Assembly (NCBI RefSeq): GCF_004010195.1
Contig: NC_057754.1
Span: 9,445,524-9,502,804 of the forward strand
From: Chiloscyllium plagiosum
Taxonomy: Eukaryota
Length of the DNA stretch: 57,281 nt
Reading direction: 5' to 3'
This document shows, one piece after another, positions 23,921 to 36,500 of the stretch. The position numbers were made by a program, and so were the translations under genes. Positions within the stretch are counted from its first letter, which is position 1; each line of letters opens with the position of its first letter. A model generated the notes under the pieces. That model had not been told where the DNA came from. It searched no databases and saw only the letters and a program-made list of their open reading frames with translations.

Positions 23921-24346
23921 TCTGTTCACGGTGGGATATAAAAACAAAATGATTGTAACTGAGACACATATCAGCACAACCTCATCACCAAAGGATGAAA
24001 ATCCTGTAACTCCTTACCAAACAGCAATCTGAGAGTAGCTTCACCACACAGACTGTAGCAGTGGACACTTTTCCATCAATCTCAGTCACTGGCATGTGCA
24101 CAAGTGTCTCCCAAGGGCATACTGCATATAACCTGGAGCAAACACAGCAATTATTTAACCCAATAACCTTTGTTTTCAGCCCCATTCACACCAAAGACAG
24201 ATAAATAAACAATTAAGAGCTAAGTCAAGAGTAAAAACAAAAGCAAAACTGACCAGATTACTTAATCAGTTTCCATAATGCATTGTTGCACAGGTACATA
24301 GGATTTTTAAGTCTTCATGCTGAAACATTAACAACCAAACTCCTTT

Positions 24347-25215
24347 TATAGACAATAGACAATAGGTGCAGGAGTAGGCCATTCTGCCCTTCGAGTCTGC
24401 ACCACCATTCAATATGATCATGGCTGATCATCCTTAATCAGTATCCTGTTCCTGCCTTATCTCCATAACCCTTGATTCCACTATCCTTGAGAGCTCTACC
24501 CAACTCTTCCTTCACACAGCCACCACTCTCTGGGTGAAGAAGTTTCTCCTCATCTCTGTCCTAAATGGTCTACCCCGTATGTTTACGCTGTGCCCTCTGG
24601 TTCGGCACTCACCCATCAGCGGAAACATGTTTCCTGCCTCCAGAGTGTCCAATCCTTTAATACTCTTACATGTCTCAATCAGATCCCCTCTCAGTCTTCT
24701 AAACTCAAGGGTATACAAGCCCAGTTGCTCCGTCTTTCAGCATAAGGTAGTCCCGCCATTCCAGGAATTGACCTCGTGAACCTACGCTGCACTCCCTCAA
24801 TAGCCAGAATGTCTTTCCTCAAATTTGGAGATCAGAACTGCACACAATACTCCAGGTGCGGTCTCACCAGGGCCCTGTACAGCTGCAGAAGAACCTCTTT
24901 GCTTCTACACTCAATCCCTCTTGTTACGAAGGCCAGCATGCTATTCGCCTTATTCACTACCTGCTGTACCTGCGTGCTTACCTTCATTGACTGGTGTACA
25001 AGAACACCCAGATCTCTTTGTACTGCCCCTTTACCTAAATTGATTCCATTTAGGTAGTAATCTGCCTTCCTGTTCTTGCCACCAAAGTGGATAACCATAC
25101 ATTTATCCACTGCATCTGCCATGTATCTGACCACTCACTAACCTGTCCAGGTCACCCTGTTATCTCCTAACATCCTCCTCACATTTCACCCTGCCACCTA
25201 GCTTAGTATCATCAG
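24347..25215 (-). mobile_element. Relatively young CR1 3' fragment, absent from paralog B
   Basis: LYRALVRPHLEYCVQF; (attgtct)n tail; its flanks are contiguous in the paralog at ~40630. Confidence 0.93.
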
Positions 25216-25920
25216 ACAGCCACAGTTCAAAAACTCCAGCTGTCACTTATGTTTGAGCATATCCTATCCCAGCCTTGCTGGTAGGAGTTGTCAGACACTG
25301 ATCTCATTAATGGCCAAAAGAGTCTCCAGAGTTTTTGAAGAAGAACCAACCTGCAATTAACTTTCAGGTCTGGCCTCCGAAACAAACACAATCTTGTTTG
25401 CTCTTTTTAACACATAATGCTGCTCACAGTCCAGAGGTCCTCTTCAGCTCTCAGATTCAAACCAAAAATGATTTTTAACAAAAATATCAGCACGTGCTCA
25501 GTAGAAAGACTTTTAACCAGTGACAGAGTTTGAGTGAGTAGGACACTGATCATTGTAGTTTAGAACAAAGAGATTGAAGCAAATCAGATTCTGAAGGGGT
25601 TTAACAGGGTAAATGCTGAGTGGATGTTCCCTCTCATTGAAGAATCTAGGACCAGAAAGCATAGTCTCAGAATAAACAGCACTAATTTAAAACTAAGATG
25701 AGGAGGAATTTCTTCTAAGGGCTCAGAGAGCTATAGGGGCAGAATTCTTGTATATATTTAAGACTAAGATTGATTCTTCTACTGATCAAGAATCTAAGGA
25801 TACAGGAAAAATGCTGGAAAGTGGACATGAGAAATGCCAGATCAGACACAATCATACAGAATGGCACAACAGACTTGAGGGGGCAAATGGTCTACTCCTG
25901 TTCCTCTTACAAATGGTCTA

Positions 25921-26250
25921 CCAGTAGACTGTAGAAAGAGCTAGAACAAGTTACACAGCCTGAGTGAGTGTGTTCCAGTGAACTGACTGTGGAAAGAGTT
26001 TTAACTCAGACCGAAATAAAAATCACACTGCACACAGTTCAGAGAAATTAAACGGGATGTTCTGTCCATTGGATGAGAATTTATTTGATCATCCAGCCAG
26101 GAGAGACAAAAGATACCGACAGTGTGGAAATACCAGGACAATGACCTGCCTGAGCTGGCCACACAATGGTATACAGTCACACTGGGGACACAGCTTTCAC
26201 CTGCTCCATGTGCAGGAAGGATTCAGCTGCTGAGACGCCCGAAGGTTACA
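25921..26250 (+). pseudogene. ZNF exon remnant (degenerate lead-in fingers plus one linker)
   Basis: gtgtgttccagtgaactgactgtggaaagag also at 42140 and 50770; cagtcacactggggacacagctttcacctgctccatgtgcaggaagg (SHTGDTAFTCSMC). Confidence 0.75.
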
Positions 26251-26329
26251 GCAGTTGGATCCTTGTGGGATTGTTGCTTTATAATCACGTTAAGCTTCAC
26301 GTCCCCTTCATATTGCATTTTTAACCACA

Positions 26330-27300
26330 CTGAAGCCTCCCACCGGAAACAATCAATGAAACCACAGAACCACAGATGGACACATGAGGGGGGGCGGAGT
26401 TACACAGCCACGCCCACTCAATGCGTCACCACAACCATCACGCATGCGCACTGCCTTTGGGGGCGGAGTAACACAGCCACGCCCACTCAATGCGTCACCA
26501 CAACCATCACGCATGCGCACTGCCGTTGACCGGGACCGGTTTCGAGGAGAGCGCCTGGAGGTTTGCCTGGCTCGAGGCCCACATCTGGGGCTTGAAACCT
26601 AATCTAAGGCAATCACGAAGCCTTCTCGCTGGAATATTTTACGCCAAACACTGCCCTCATCTCTAGCCTTCACTCACCATTTGTGGATGTGAAAGACGAA
26701 CATTCCTCCCGGGCCATCGCTCGCAGTCCCACTTCACGCCCTGCCCACCAGGCCCCCGCTTGATTGATGACCCCTCCCGACCAATAGTAAGCAGGGGGCG
26801 GGACCGCAAGTGCAAGCTGATGCACTCGTCTTCCAAACAATTGGAGGAAACAAGGAGATGGGCGGGGGGCACCAACCAATCCGAAGATGGGGGCGGGCCG
26901 AACCGATCGGCCGTCTGAGGGGCGGGGCTAATCTTTCAACCAATCGGTGAAAGAGAAGGCGGACATGGACCAGTGTGCGCATGTGCAGTTGGTGTCCTGG
27001 AGCCAGAGTATTGTGGCTTGGACAGGAGGTGGAATGCTATCTGTGCATTCTTGTTTCTACATCTCATTCACTGCCATGACATGGAAGGCTATGGATGCAA
27101 CGGTATTGAGTGTGTATTTAAGACTGAGGCAGATAGATAGATTCTGGATTGTCAAGGGTTCCGGGCAGAAAGCGGGAGAATGGGGTTCAGAAACTTAACA
27201 GCCACGACTGAGTGGCCGAGCAGGCTGGATGGGCTGAATAGCCTAACTTCTGCTCCCACGTCCGACGGTCTTGTGCATCGTTACTTGCACAAGATCGTTA
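26330..27300. promoter_or_regulatory. CpG-island promoter, probably bidirectional
   Basis: High CpG density; GC boxes (26390, 26459, ~26795, ~26860, ~26889, ~26919), CCAAT (26781, 26876, 26940), NRF1-like GCATGCGCA/TGCGCATGTGCA (26442, 26511, 26976). Confidence 0.8.
26390..26524 (+). repeat. Near-perfect 69-bp tandem duplication
   Basis: gggggcggagt(t/a)acacagccacgcccactcaatgcgtcaccacaaccatcacgcatgcgcactgcc at 26390 and 26459. Confidence 0.97.
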
Positions 27301-27816
27301 CTTCCAACCAGACATCCCAGCAAAAATCTAACAGAGTCACTCCATTCACCAGCACTTCACCATCAATCAGCGCGGTGATAGGTTGGTTTGTTGGGTCTGT
27401 GGGAAAAGATTTCCGAGGTTAGTGCCACTGGAAAGCTTTGAGAAATTCAAAATCGTGTGCAAAGCAGCCCCGGAGAATATGGCTTGGTACGACTGTTGAG
27501 CATGGAGAGACTGTGGACCTTCCTGGGGGACCAGTGCAGATTTGCCCGTGATTGCTGGACTCCAGGGTTATATTATGAACTGAGGTTGCAGAAATCAGTC
27601 TTAGATTCATTACGGCACAGAGAGAAGTAATTTAGCCTATTTCATCAATGCCAACTTACAGAAATGCAGTTTCTCTAATTCCCATTGCTCTCCCCAAAAC
27701 CCTGTAAGTTTATTTCCCTTAAATGCTTGTCTAATTTACTTTTTGAAGCCATTGATTCTCTTCAGAGGAATGTATAGTACCAATCATTCTGGGGGGAAGG
27801 AAAGAGCTTTATTTCC

Positions 27817-27890
27817 CTCAGTTGGCTATTAGTACATAATATATTAGTCTGGAGATATAAAGGTTCCTGGTGGAATCCCAGGTCTTACCA
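27817..27890 (+). pseudogene. tRNA-Phe-derived pseudogene (3' two-thirds recognisable)
   Basis: ttagtctggagatataaaggttcctggtggaatcccaggtcttacca vs vertebrate tRNA-Phe(GAA) TTAGACTGAAGATCTAAAGGTCCCTGGTTCGATCCCGGGTTTCGGCA. Confidence 0.65.
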
Positions 27891-27898
27891 GTCAATTT

Positions 27899-28095
27899 TG
27901 GGCAGCATGATTGCACTGCTGCCCCACAGCGCAGGAACCCGAGTTTGATTCCACCCTTGGGTGAATATCTGTTTGGAGATTACATGTACTCCCTATGACT
28001 GCATGGGTTTCCTCCAGGTACTTATATTTCCTTCCATGGCCCACAGAATGGCAGGGTTAGGTGGATTGTGGTCCTTAAAATTGCCTGATACTGTC
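27899..28095 (+). mobile_element. Old HE1-like SINE (paralog at ~43967)
   Basis: gcactgctgccccacagcgc; gcatgggtttcctccagg; ggttaggtggatt. Confidence 0.8.
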
Positions 28096-28149
28096 CACTG
28101 TTCTTGATTCTATCTCTTGCCCATACTGGAGACGGTTGGGCCTAATACA

Positions 28150-29286
28150 CTACCCAACCTTTCACAATTTACATAAATCACTTCGATGAGGGGATTGAAG
28201 GCAATGTAGCTAAAGATGGATAGAAAACCATGTTGTGATCAAGACATGAGGTTGTAGATAGGTTTAGTGTATGGGCAAAATATCTTGCAGCTGGAGTATA
28301 ATGAGGAAAATGTGAAGTCATCGTTTTTATAGGAAGAGTAATAAACAGCAGAGTATTCCTTCAGTGGAGAATGACTGCAGAATTCTGAGGTGCAGAGGGA
28401 TTTAGGGGTTATAGAGTATGAGTCACAAAGTTCGTATGCACATTTGGCATGTAATCAAAGTTAATGGGCTGTATCCTTTATGATGACAGGAATCTAACAT
28501 AAATCTAAATGTTCTGCTTCATTTTATGGGAAATTGGTGAGATCACATCTCGATTACTGTGTGCAGGTTTTGATGGTCTTTTGTAAATTTACTGGAGGTG
28601 GTTAAGGGGAGGTTTATGAGATTGGTACTGGAATCAGCAAGTTGTCCAAGAAAGACAGGTTTGGAAGGCAAAAAAGTAAAGGAGGTGGGTTAGAACTGCT
28701 GACTGAAGCAGGAAATTAATGTGATTGTGAGCAAGGATATAGGCTCTGGTGAAGTACAATCTGTGTGGGTTGAGCTTAGAAACATCAATGGGCAGAAAAT
28801 GATAGGACGATTGGATATAGATGCCAGTATGCCATAGCAATATTGAGGACAGCATTCAAATGGAAATTAGAGGTGCAAGCAAAAAAGTTAGGGCTGTAAT
28901 TATGGGGGACTTTAACCAGCATATAAATTGGGCAAATCAAGTCAGTAGCAATACAATAGAGGAGTTCTTAGTGGACAGTTTAATGTATCAATATGTTGAA
29001 GAAGAAGATGGTATTGGGTAACAAGAAAGGAATAATTGACAATCAAGTTGAGCATGGGTCCTTAGGGAAGAGTGACCACAACAGGATAGAATTCTTCATT
29101 AAGATGGTGGGTGATGCTATCTCTGTGACCGAGACTGTAACAAAAGAAAGAAAATGATAATAGTACTGGTGTGAGTTAATTGTGATAAATTGTGGACCAA
29201 TATTTAAATAGAGGATGGGAGATAGGTTTTGGCAAACATTTAAAGAATGCATGGACAAGCTACAAAAGTTATTCATCCCAGTCTGG
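28150..29286 (+). mobile_element. Degraded CR1 fragments (RT end, then endonuclease region)
   Basis: KCEV..F and HLDYCVQV remnants; AVIMGDFNQHINW and LGKSDHN (APE endonuclease motifs). Confidence 0.8.
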
Positions 29287-31560
29287 CATAGAGTCATAGA
29301 GCTGTACAGCATGGAAACAGACCCTTTGGTACAATTCGACCAAATAGCCTAAATTAATCTGGTCCTATTTGCCAGAATTTCACCTGCATCCCTCTAAACC
29401 CTTCCTATTCTTATACCCATCCAGATGCCTTTTACATGTTGTAATTGTACCAATCTCCACCTCTTCCTCTGGCAGCTCATTCCATACACTCACCACCGTC
29501 TGCATGAAAAGGTTGCGTCTTATGCCCCTTCTAAATTTTTCCTCTCTCATCTTAAACCTACGCCATCTAGTTTTGGACTCCCCCACCCCAAGGAAAAGTT
29601 CTTGTCCATTCACCCTATTCATGCCCCTCATGATTTTTATAAACCTCTACACGGTTCCCTCTCTGCCTCTGACACTCCAGGGAAAAAAGCTCCATCCTAT
29701 TCAGCCTCTCAGTGTAACTCAAACCCTCCAACCCTGGTAACATTCCTTCTAAATCTTATCTCTTTCATGTTTCACAACATCCTTCCCACAGCAGGGAGAC
29801 CAGAACTGCATGTAGTATTCCAAAAATGGCCTAACCAATGTCCTATACAGCTGCAACATTTTCTCTCAACTCCTACATTCAATGCACTGACCCATAAAGG
29901 CAAGCATACCAAATGCCGCCTTCACCATTCTGTCTACCTGTGACTCCATTTTCAAGGAACTATGAACGAGCATTCCAAGATCTCCAAGCACTCCCCAGGA
30001 CCTTACCACTAAGTGTATAAGTACTGCCCCGAATTGCTTTTCCAAAATGCAGCACCGTACCTTTATCTAAATTAAACTCCATCTGCCATTGCTCAGCCCA
30101 TTGGCCCATATCTGATCAAGACCCTGTTGCATTCTGAGGTAACCTTCTTCACTGTCCACTACACCTCCAATTTTAGTGTGATCTGCAAACTTACTAATCA
30201 TACCTCCTATGTTTACATCCAAATCATTTATATGAATAACAAAAAGCAGTGGACCCAGCACTGAAGCTTGTTACACATCGCTGTTCACAGGCCTCCAGTC
30301 TGAAAAGCAACCCTCTACCACCCTCTTATTCTACCTTCAAACCAGTTCTGAATCCAAATGGCTAGTTCTCCCTATATTCCATGTGATTTAACCTTGCTAA
30401 CCAGTCTCCCATGAGGAACCTTGTCAAACACCTTACTGAAGTCCATACGGTCACGTCCGCCACTCTGCCCTCATCAATCCTCTTTGTTACTTCAAAAAAC
30501 TCAATTAAGTTAGTGAGACATAATTTCCCACGCACAAAGCCATGTTGAGTATCCATAATCTTGCTTTTCCAAATATATGTAAATCCTGTCCATTAGATTC
30601 TCTCCAACTGCCCACCACTGATGTCAGACTCACCGGTCTATACTTCCCTGGCTTTTCCTTACCATCTTTCTTAAATAGTGGCACCACGTTAGCAAACCTC
30701 CAGTCTTCTGGCGCTTCACTTGTGGTTATCCATTATACAAATATCTCAGCAAAGGGCCCAGCAATCACTTCCCAGCTTCCCACAGAGTTCAAGGGTACAC
30801 CTGATCAGGTCCTGGGGATTTACCCATTTTTATGCATTTCAAGACATCCAGCACCTCCTCCTCTGTAATATGATGTTTTTCAAATGTCACCATTTATTTC
30901 TCCACATTCTAGAACTTCCACGTCCATCTCCACAGTAAACACTGATGCAAAATACTTGTTTAGTATCTTCCACATCTCCTGCAGCTCCATACATAGGCTG
31001 ACCTTTGAGGGGCCCTATTCTCTCCCTAGTTACTCTTTTGTCTTTAATGTATTTATAAAAACCCTTTATTGCCAAAGCTATCTCATGTCCCCTTTTTGCC
31101 CTCCTGATTTCCCTCATAAGTATACTCCTACTGTCTTTATATTCCTCTAAGAATTCTCTCAATCTCTCCTGTCTCTACCTGTCATAAGCTTCTTTCTTTT
31201 TCTTAACCAAAATCTCAATTTCTCTAGTCATCCAGCATTCCCCACACCTACCAGACTTTCCTTTCACCTTAACTCTGGACTCTCATTATCTCATTTCTGA
31301 AGGCTTCCCATTTTCCAGCCGTCCCTTTACCTGTGAACATCTGTCCCCAATCAGCTTTGAAAGTTCTTGCCTAATACCGTCAATTGCCTTCCATCAATTT
31401 AGAATTTCAGCTTTTAGATCTGGTCTATTCTTTTCCATAACTGTTTTAAAATTAATTGAATTATGGTCACTGGCCCCAAAGTGCTCTCCCACTGATACCT
31501 CGGTGACCTGTCCTGCCTTATTTCCCAAGAGTAGGTCAGGTTTTGCATCTTCTCTAGTAG
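29287..31560 (-). mobile_element. CR1 LINE, ~2.3-kb 3' portion
   Basis: VPLFKKDGKEKPGKYRPVSLTSVVG, QHGFVRGKLCLTNLIEFF, LGPLLFVIHINDLD..SKFADHTK. Confidence 0.95.
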
Positions 31561-31860
31561 TTTGTTTGCTGAGCTGGAAGGTGTGTTCTCAGATGTTTCA
31601 TCACCATACTAGGTAACATCATCAGTGAGTGTCCAGTGAAGCACTGGTGTTATGACCTGCCTCCTATTTGTGTGTTTTGGTTTCCTTGGGTTGGTGGTGC
31701 CCCTTCCTGTTCTTTTTCTCAGAGGGTAGTAAATGGGGTCCAAGTCGATGTGTTTGTTGACAGAGTTCGAGTTATCATATGTCATTCCAACCAGAACTCT
31801 ATCAACAGACACATCAACTTGGACCCCTTGAAAATGAACCTTCCAGCTCAGCGAGCAAAT
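31561..31860 (-). mobile_element. Penelope-like remnant with inverted tail and hammerhead core
   Basis: NSVNKHIDLDPIY on the minus strand mirrored by NSINRHINLDP on the plus strand; minus-strand ctca CUGAUGA uguuacc uaguau ggugau GAAACAUC ugag at 31588-31629. Confidence 0.85.
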
Positions 31861-32419
31861 GTACATCCATGGGTGTTAATATTCTGCAGATGAAATAAAT
31901 TCCCTGTGTCTTACCCACAGTGTTTTGAGTTTCTTAAATGTCTATAACATGAGACTGTTCCTATTCAAGCACTCTCCCTCTCTCCAAGTCCTCCATCTTC
32001 ACGTCCCCAAAACAAGAGCAAACTCATGGAGCTGCTTTGTCAGGAGAATGAAGACAATCTGACCAGCTGCCCCTCCTGCTTCCCTCTCTTTCACTCTCCC
32101 CACGAGCCAGACACCCCCTGACGGTCCCCAGTTTCTCAACATTCAGTCCTATTTACATCTCATATTCTACATTTTACTAATACTAGAATTGTCTACCTTA
32201 ATTATTTCTGGGAAACATATTGTATCCTCCTCTTTGAAGACAGACACAAGTACTTAGAATCTTTGCTTTTTCTATATTTCCAATTATGAATAGACCCACA
32301 ATTGGTTTTGACACTCTTTTCATTTTTGTGTACTTACAGAAATTTTGACAATCCATTCAACAGCTTTTTCCAGATCAGTTGAGGAGGGATCTGCATTCAA
32401 CTCAATCAGGACAGGCAAT

Positions 32420-33256
32420 TTACAAGTTCGCTGGTGACACCACACAGTCGGTCAAATCAGACTACAGACTACAGACAAGAGGTGGAAGACCTGGAAAAAT
32501 GGTGCACTGAGAACAACCTAGCTCTCACTGCCAGCAAAACCAAGGAACTCACTACTGACTTTCAGCGGGATGTTACTCGTGCCCCCCCACACATTAACTG
32601 CACAGAGGTGGAACGAGTGGAGAGTGGCAAGATCCTGGGAGTGGTCGTCCACAACAAGCTTTCTTGGACTCTTCATGTGGACGCACTGGTTACAAAGGTC
32701 CAACAATGTCTCCTCTTCCTCAGGCAGCTAGGAAAATTTTGCATGATGGCGAATACCCTTGCCAACTTTTATAGGAATGCCATCGAGAACGTTCTGTCTG
32801 GATGTATCATTGCCTGGTATGGCAACTGTACCATTCAAGATCAGAGACGGTTACAGAGTGGTGAACTCGGCCCAGACAATCAAAAAGGCCAACCTCCCAT
32901 CTATAGAATCCATCTACCAGGCCCGCTGTCAAGGAAAGGCCGCCAGCATTCTCAAAGATCCATCCTACCCTGGCAATGTTTTTCTACAACTTCTACCATC
33001 GGGAGGAAGATACAGAAGCCTGAACACATACACCAGCTGGTTCCAAAACAGTTTCTACCCCACTGTTGTTAGAATACTGAAGGGCCTCACAAACTTGTAG
33101 CATTTGCCTGTACCTGTCTTTTTGTTTTGCCGCTGTTTACCTATTATTTACTTATCTATGCTATTTAACTCTGTGATCTGCCTGTATTGCTCACAAGACA
33201 AAGCTTTTCACTGTGTCTCGGTACATGTGACAATAAATTCAATTCAATTCAGTTCA
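32420..33256 (+). mobile_element. Rex1/Babar-like LINE 3' fragment
   Basis: YRQEVEDLEKWCTENNLAL..SKTKEL..DF; LANFYRNAIENVLSGCIIAWYGNC; LPSGGRYRSL; aataa(attca)n tail. Confidence 0.9.
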
Positions 33257-34159
33257 ACTGCAGTAAAGTATCAAATGGAGACTGGGGGAATATCTGTTTC
33301 ACAGGAGTACAGCTCAGAGTAATGTTCAACCCAGTGAGGCATTTGCTTATTTCTCTCCCTGTGTACTTCACCATCTGTCATTTTCAGGTAGGGATAATGT
33401 TGGTGATGGTTGTACCGAGTTATCTCTCAATCGCATCACACACAGCACATAGATTTCAATCAGCAAAGGCAGTTTGGATTTCTTTGCTCAAATTGACCCA
33501 GGGTTTATTTGCACCATATTCACCTGCAATATACATGACTATCTTGGCCCCTTTAAGTAAAACTGTTTTTTAGCTGTTGGGTTTATGTTGTACATCAGGG
33601 GGTTTTAGTATTTGCTTCAGGGATAGATGCCATCTTTGCTGAGTAGGTCTGAATTCAGTCTTTATTGTGAGTTCTACATTCACCAAATATTGGGAAACGT
33701 GTCAAAAGTTACTGAACCCAGCAATTCCAAATTTCATCAATATCAATGTTGATGAGTACAACGTCTACTGATGTCCCTGGAAAATATTTCATTATTTTGC
33801 TTCATTTCAGGCCATAATGAAGGGGTCCCTGTGAAGAATATACAAGTCAGTAAGAATTGTCAGCAACAATTAATCAGCACCTTCTCATTGGAGGAGTTTA
33901 TCAGTGGAAGATCTCAGTGATTGAATTGTAGATATTGCATTCAGGGTTGACTGAACAAAGGTTCGGAACAGTGGTGTAATCGAGTTCAGGGAAATGATTG
34001 TAAGTGGGAAAGGTGGTTTTTTAAAAAAAAAACATTGCAACACTGAAAAACAGCGATACATCCACAATATTAAGCTCCATCCAGTTATAGGGGATGTTAA
34101 CAAACTAAACATAGTCAATCCTAGGTGTGATTAACAGAAGCAGTACGCAGAATCCAAAC

Positions 34160-34260
34160 CCTGCACTAACATATGAACTTGCTGATGTGTCAGCAAATGG
34201 AATGACTGAGTGTATCCTTTCCCATATGCAGAGTAGGGGAATGGCTTCTCTCCAGTGTGA
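34160..34260 (-). pseudogene. Terminal C2H2 finger remnant
   Basis: Minus strand reads HTGEKPFPYSAYGKGYTQSFHLLTHQQVH, followed by the ZNF 3' motif. Confidence 0.85.
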
Positions 34261-34265
34261 GAGAG

Positions 34266-34500
34266 GATTAGATTAGATTAGATTCCCTATAGTGTGGAAA
34301 CAAGCCCTTTGGTCCAACAAGTCCACACTGACCCTCCAAAGAGTAACTCACCCAGACCCATTCCCCTACTCTATATTATCCCTGACTAATGCACCTAACA
34401 CTATGGGCAATTTAGCATGACCAATTCATCTGACCTGCACATCTTTGGACTGTGGGAGGAAACCCACGCAGACACGGGGAGAATGTGCAAACTCCACACA
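34266..34500 (-). mobile_element. HE1 SINE, 5'-truncated
   Basis: (gatta)n tail and V domain on the minus strand. Confidence 0.92.
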
Positions 34501-36092
34501 GCAAAGAAGGGAAGTCAGGGACAACAAAGCAAAAGAAAAAAAAGCATATAATGTGGTGAGGATTAGAGGCAGCCAGAGCATTAGGAAGCCTCTAAAAACC
34601 AGCAGAGGATAATTTAAACAAAAAAAAAACAATAAGAGGAGAAATGAATAAGCAACCAGTAATACAAAAGAAGACTGCAGGAGTTTTTTTAAAAAATCTA
34701 TAAAAGGTTACAGAGAGAAAGAATGAACATTGGACCACTGGAGAAGTAGTAATGGGGAACAAAGAAATGGTGGAGGGACTGAGTAGGTACTTTGCATCGG
34801 TTTTCACAGTGGAAGACACCAGCAGCATATGTGAATTAAGAGAGGCATGGGGCAGTGATGAGTATTATGGCCATTACTAAGGTGAACATGCTGGGGGAAG
34901 CTGAAAGGTCTGAAGGTGGATAAATCAAGATGACCAGATGGACTACACCCCAGACTTCTGAAGGAGATAGCGAAGGAGACTGTAGAGGCATTGGAGGTGA
35001 TTTTTCAGAAATCACTGGCATCAGGAAGGGTCCTAACGGACTGGAAAATGGCTAATGCAATATCCCTGTTTAAGGAAGGAGGGAGGAACAGGCAGGAAAC
35101 TATAGGCTGGGCAGCCTGACATCAGTTGTTGGTAAGGTTTTAGAGGCCATTTTAAAGGATGAGACTGCAGAGTCATTGGCAGTGCATGGCAAAATAGGGC
35201 AGAGTCAGCACAGCTTTGTCAACGAGGGGTCATGCCTGACAAATTTGTCAGAATTCTTTGAGGGGGTAATAAACAAGTTAGACAAAGGAGAGCCAATGGA
35301 TGTGATCTTTTTGGATTTCCAGAAGTCCTTTGACAAGGTACCACTCAGCAGGCTGCTAAATAAGACCAGAGCATGGTGTCAGTGGCAAGATAAAGGATTG
35401 GCTAAGTGGTAGAAGACAGACAGTCAGAATAAAGGGGTCTTTTACTGGATGGAAGCTGATGACTCATGGACTTCCACAGGGGTTGGTGTTGGGATCACAA
35501 CAATCCACATTATGCATTATGGACAAAGGAACTGAGGGCAGTGTTTCTACATTTGCAGATGACACAAAGATAGGTGGAGAGACAGATCATGTTGAGGAAG
35601 AGGGAAGGCTACAGAAGGACTTGGACTTGCTAGACAAGTGGGAAAAGATGTAGCAGATGGATAAATATGGGAAAGTATGAGGTGATGCACTTTGGCAGGA
35701 AGAATAGAGGCATGGACTATTTTCTAAACAGGGAAAAGATTCAGAAATCTCCAGCACAAATGGACTTTGGAGTCCTAATTCAGGAATTCTTTTAAGGTCA
35801 ACATGCAGGTTCTGTTGGCAGTTAAGAAGGCAAATACCATTTTAGCATTCATTTCAAATAGTCTAGAATACAAGGGCAGACTGCATTTGGAATATTGTGA
35901 ACAGTTTTGAACCCTTACATTATTGAATGTATTCAAGAGAGACATTGATAGGTTCTTGAGTGGTAGCAGGATCAACAGTTATGGAGGAAGGCAGGAGAAA
36001 TGGGTTGAGAAACATATTAGCCATGAACAAGCAGTGGAGCAGACCCAATGGGCCGAACAGACTAATTCTGCTCCTATATCTCGTGGTCTTCT
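34501..36092 (+). mobile_element. CR1 ORF2 fragment with 3' end
   Basis: GNYRLGSLTSVVGK, SQHSFV..SCLTNLSEFF, IFLDFQKSFDKVP, FADDTKIGG. Confidence 0.92.
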
Positions 36093-36257
36093 GGTTATTA
36101 TGCGTGACTTCAATCTGCACACAGACTAAGCAAATCAAATCACTTACAATACCATCGAGGAGAAATCCCTGAAGTGTGTACAAGATGGTTTTCTGGATTG
36201 TTACATTGAGAACCCAAGTGGAGGACAGGCCATCCTTGACTGTGAACTGTGTAATGG

Positions 36258-36500
36258 CTTGGAGTAGGTTAGATCAGTTGGCTGGATGGCTGGTTTGTGA
36301 TGCATAATGACACCCACAGCACATGCTCAATTCCAGTACTGCCTGAGGTCACCATGAAGATCCCATGTTCTTAACCTTGTTCCTTGCCTGAGGTGGGATG
36401 ACCCGCAGGTTAAAGCATCATTAGTCATCACTCTCCCTCTCTCTCTAGTGAGAGAGCAGTCCTCTGGTCTTCTGGGAATAAGATACCTTTAATTTCAAAA
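36258..36500 (+). mobile_element. tRNA-derived SINE of a third family (inverted paralog at ~46880-47065)
   Basis: ggttagatcagttggctggatggctggtttgtgatgca...tgaggtcaccatgaag...caggttaaa. Confidence 0.7.

Larger units (their letters stand above)
22740..28630 (+). repeat. Segmental duplication unit A (direct paralog of ~38140-44600)
   Basis: Collinear shared junctions: 23935/39590, 24180/40470, 25450/40865, 25921/42092, 26760/42376, 27440/43505, 28140/44290. Confidence 0.9.

Noticed and set aside
26122..26982. Several 70-135 aa ORFs in the GC-rich region
   Set aside because: Explained by high GC and the 69-bp duplication; no recognisable domain
32434..33072. Longest ORF (212 aa) as a host gene
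   Set aside because: It is a frameshifted Rex1/Babar RT C-terminal fragment
33300..33900. Non-repeat-looking segment with a possible minus-strand acceptor (ttgcag) near 33528
   Set aside because: Candidate frames contain stops and I recognise no protein family; would need BLASTx
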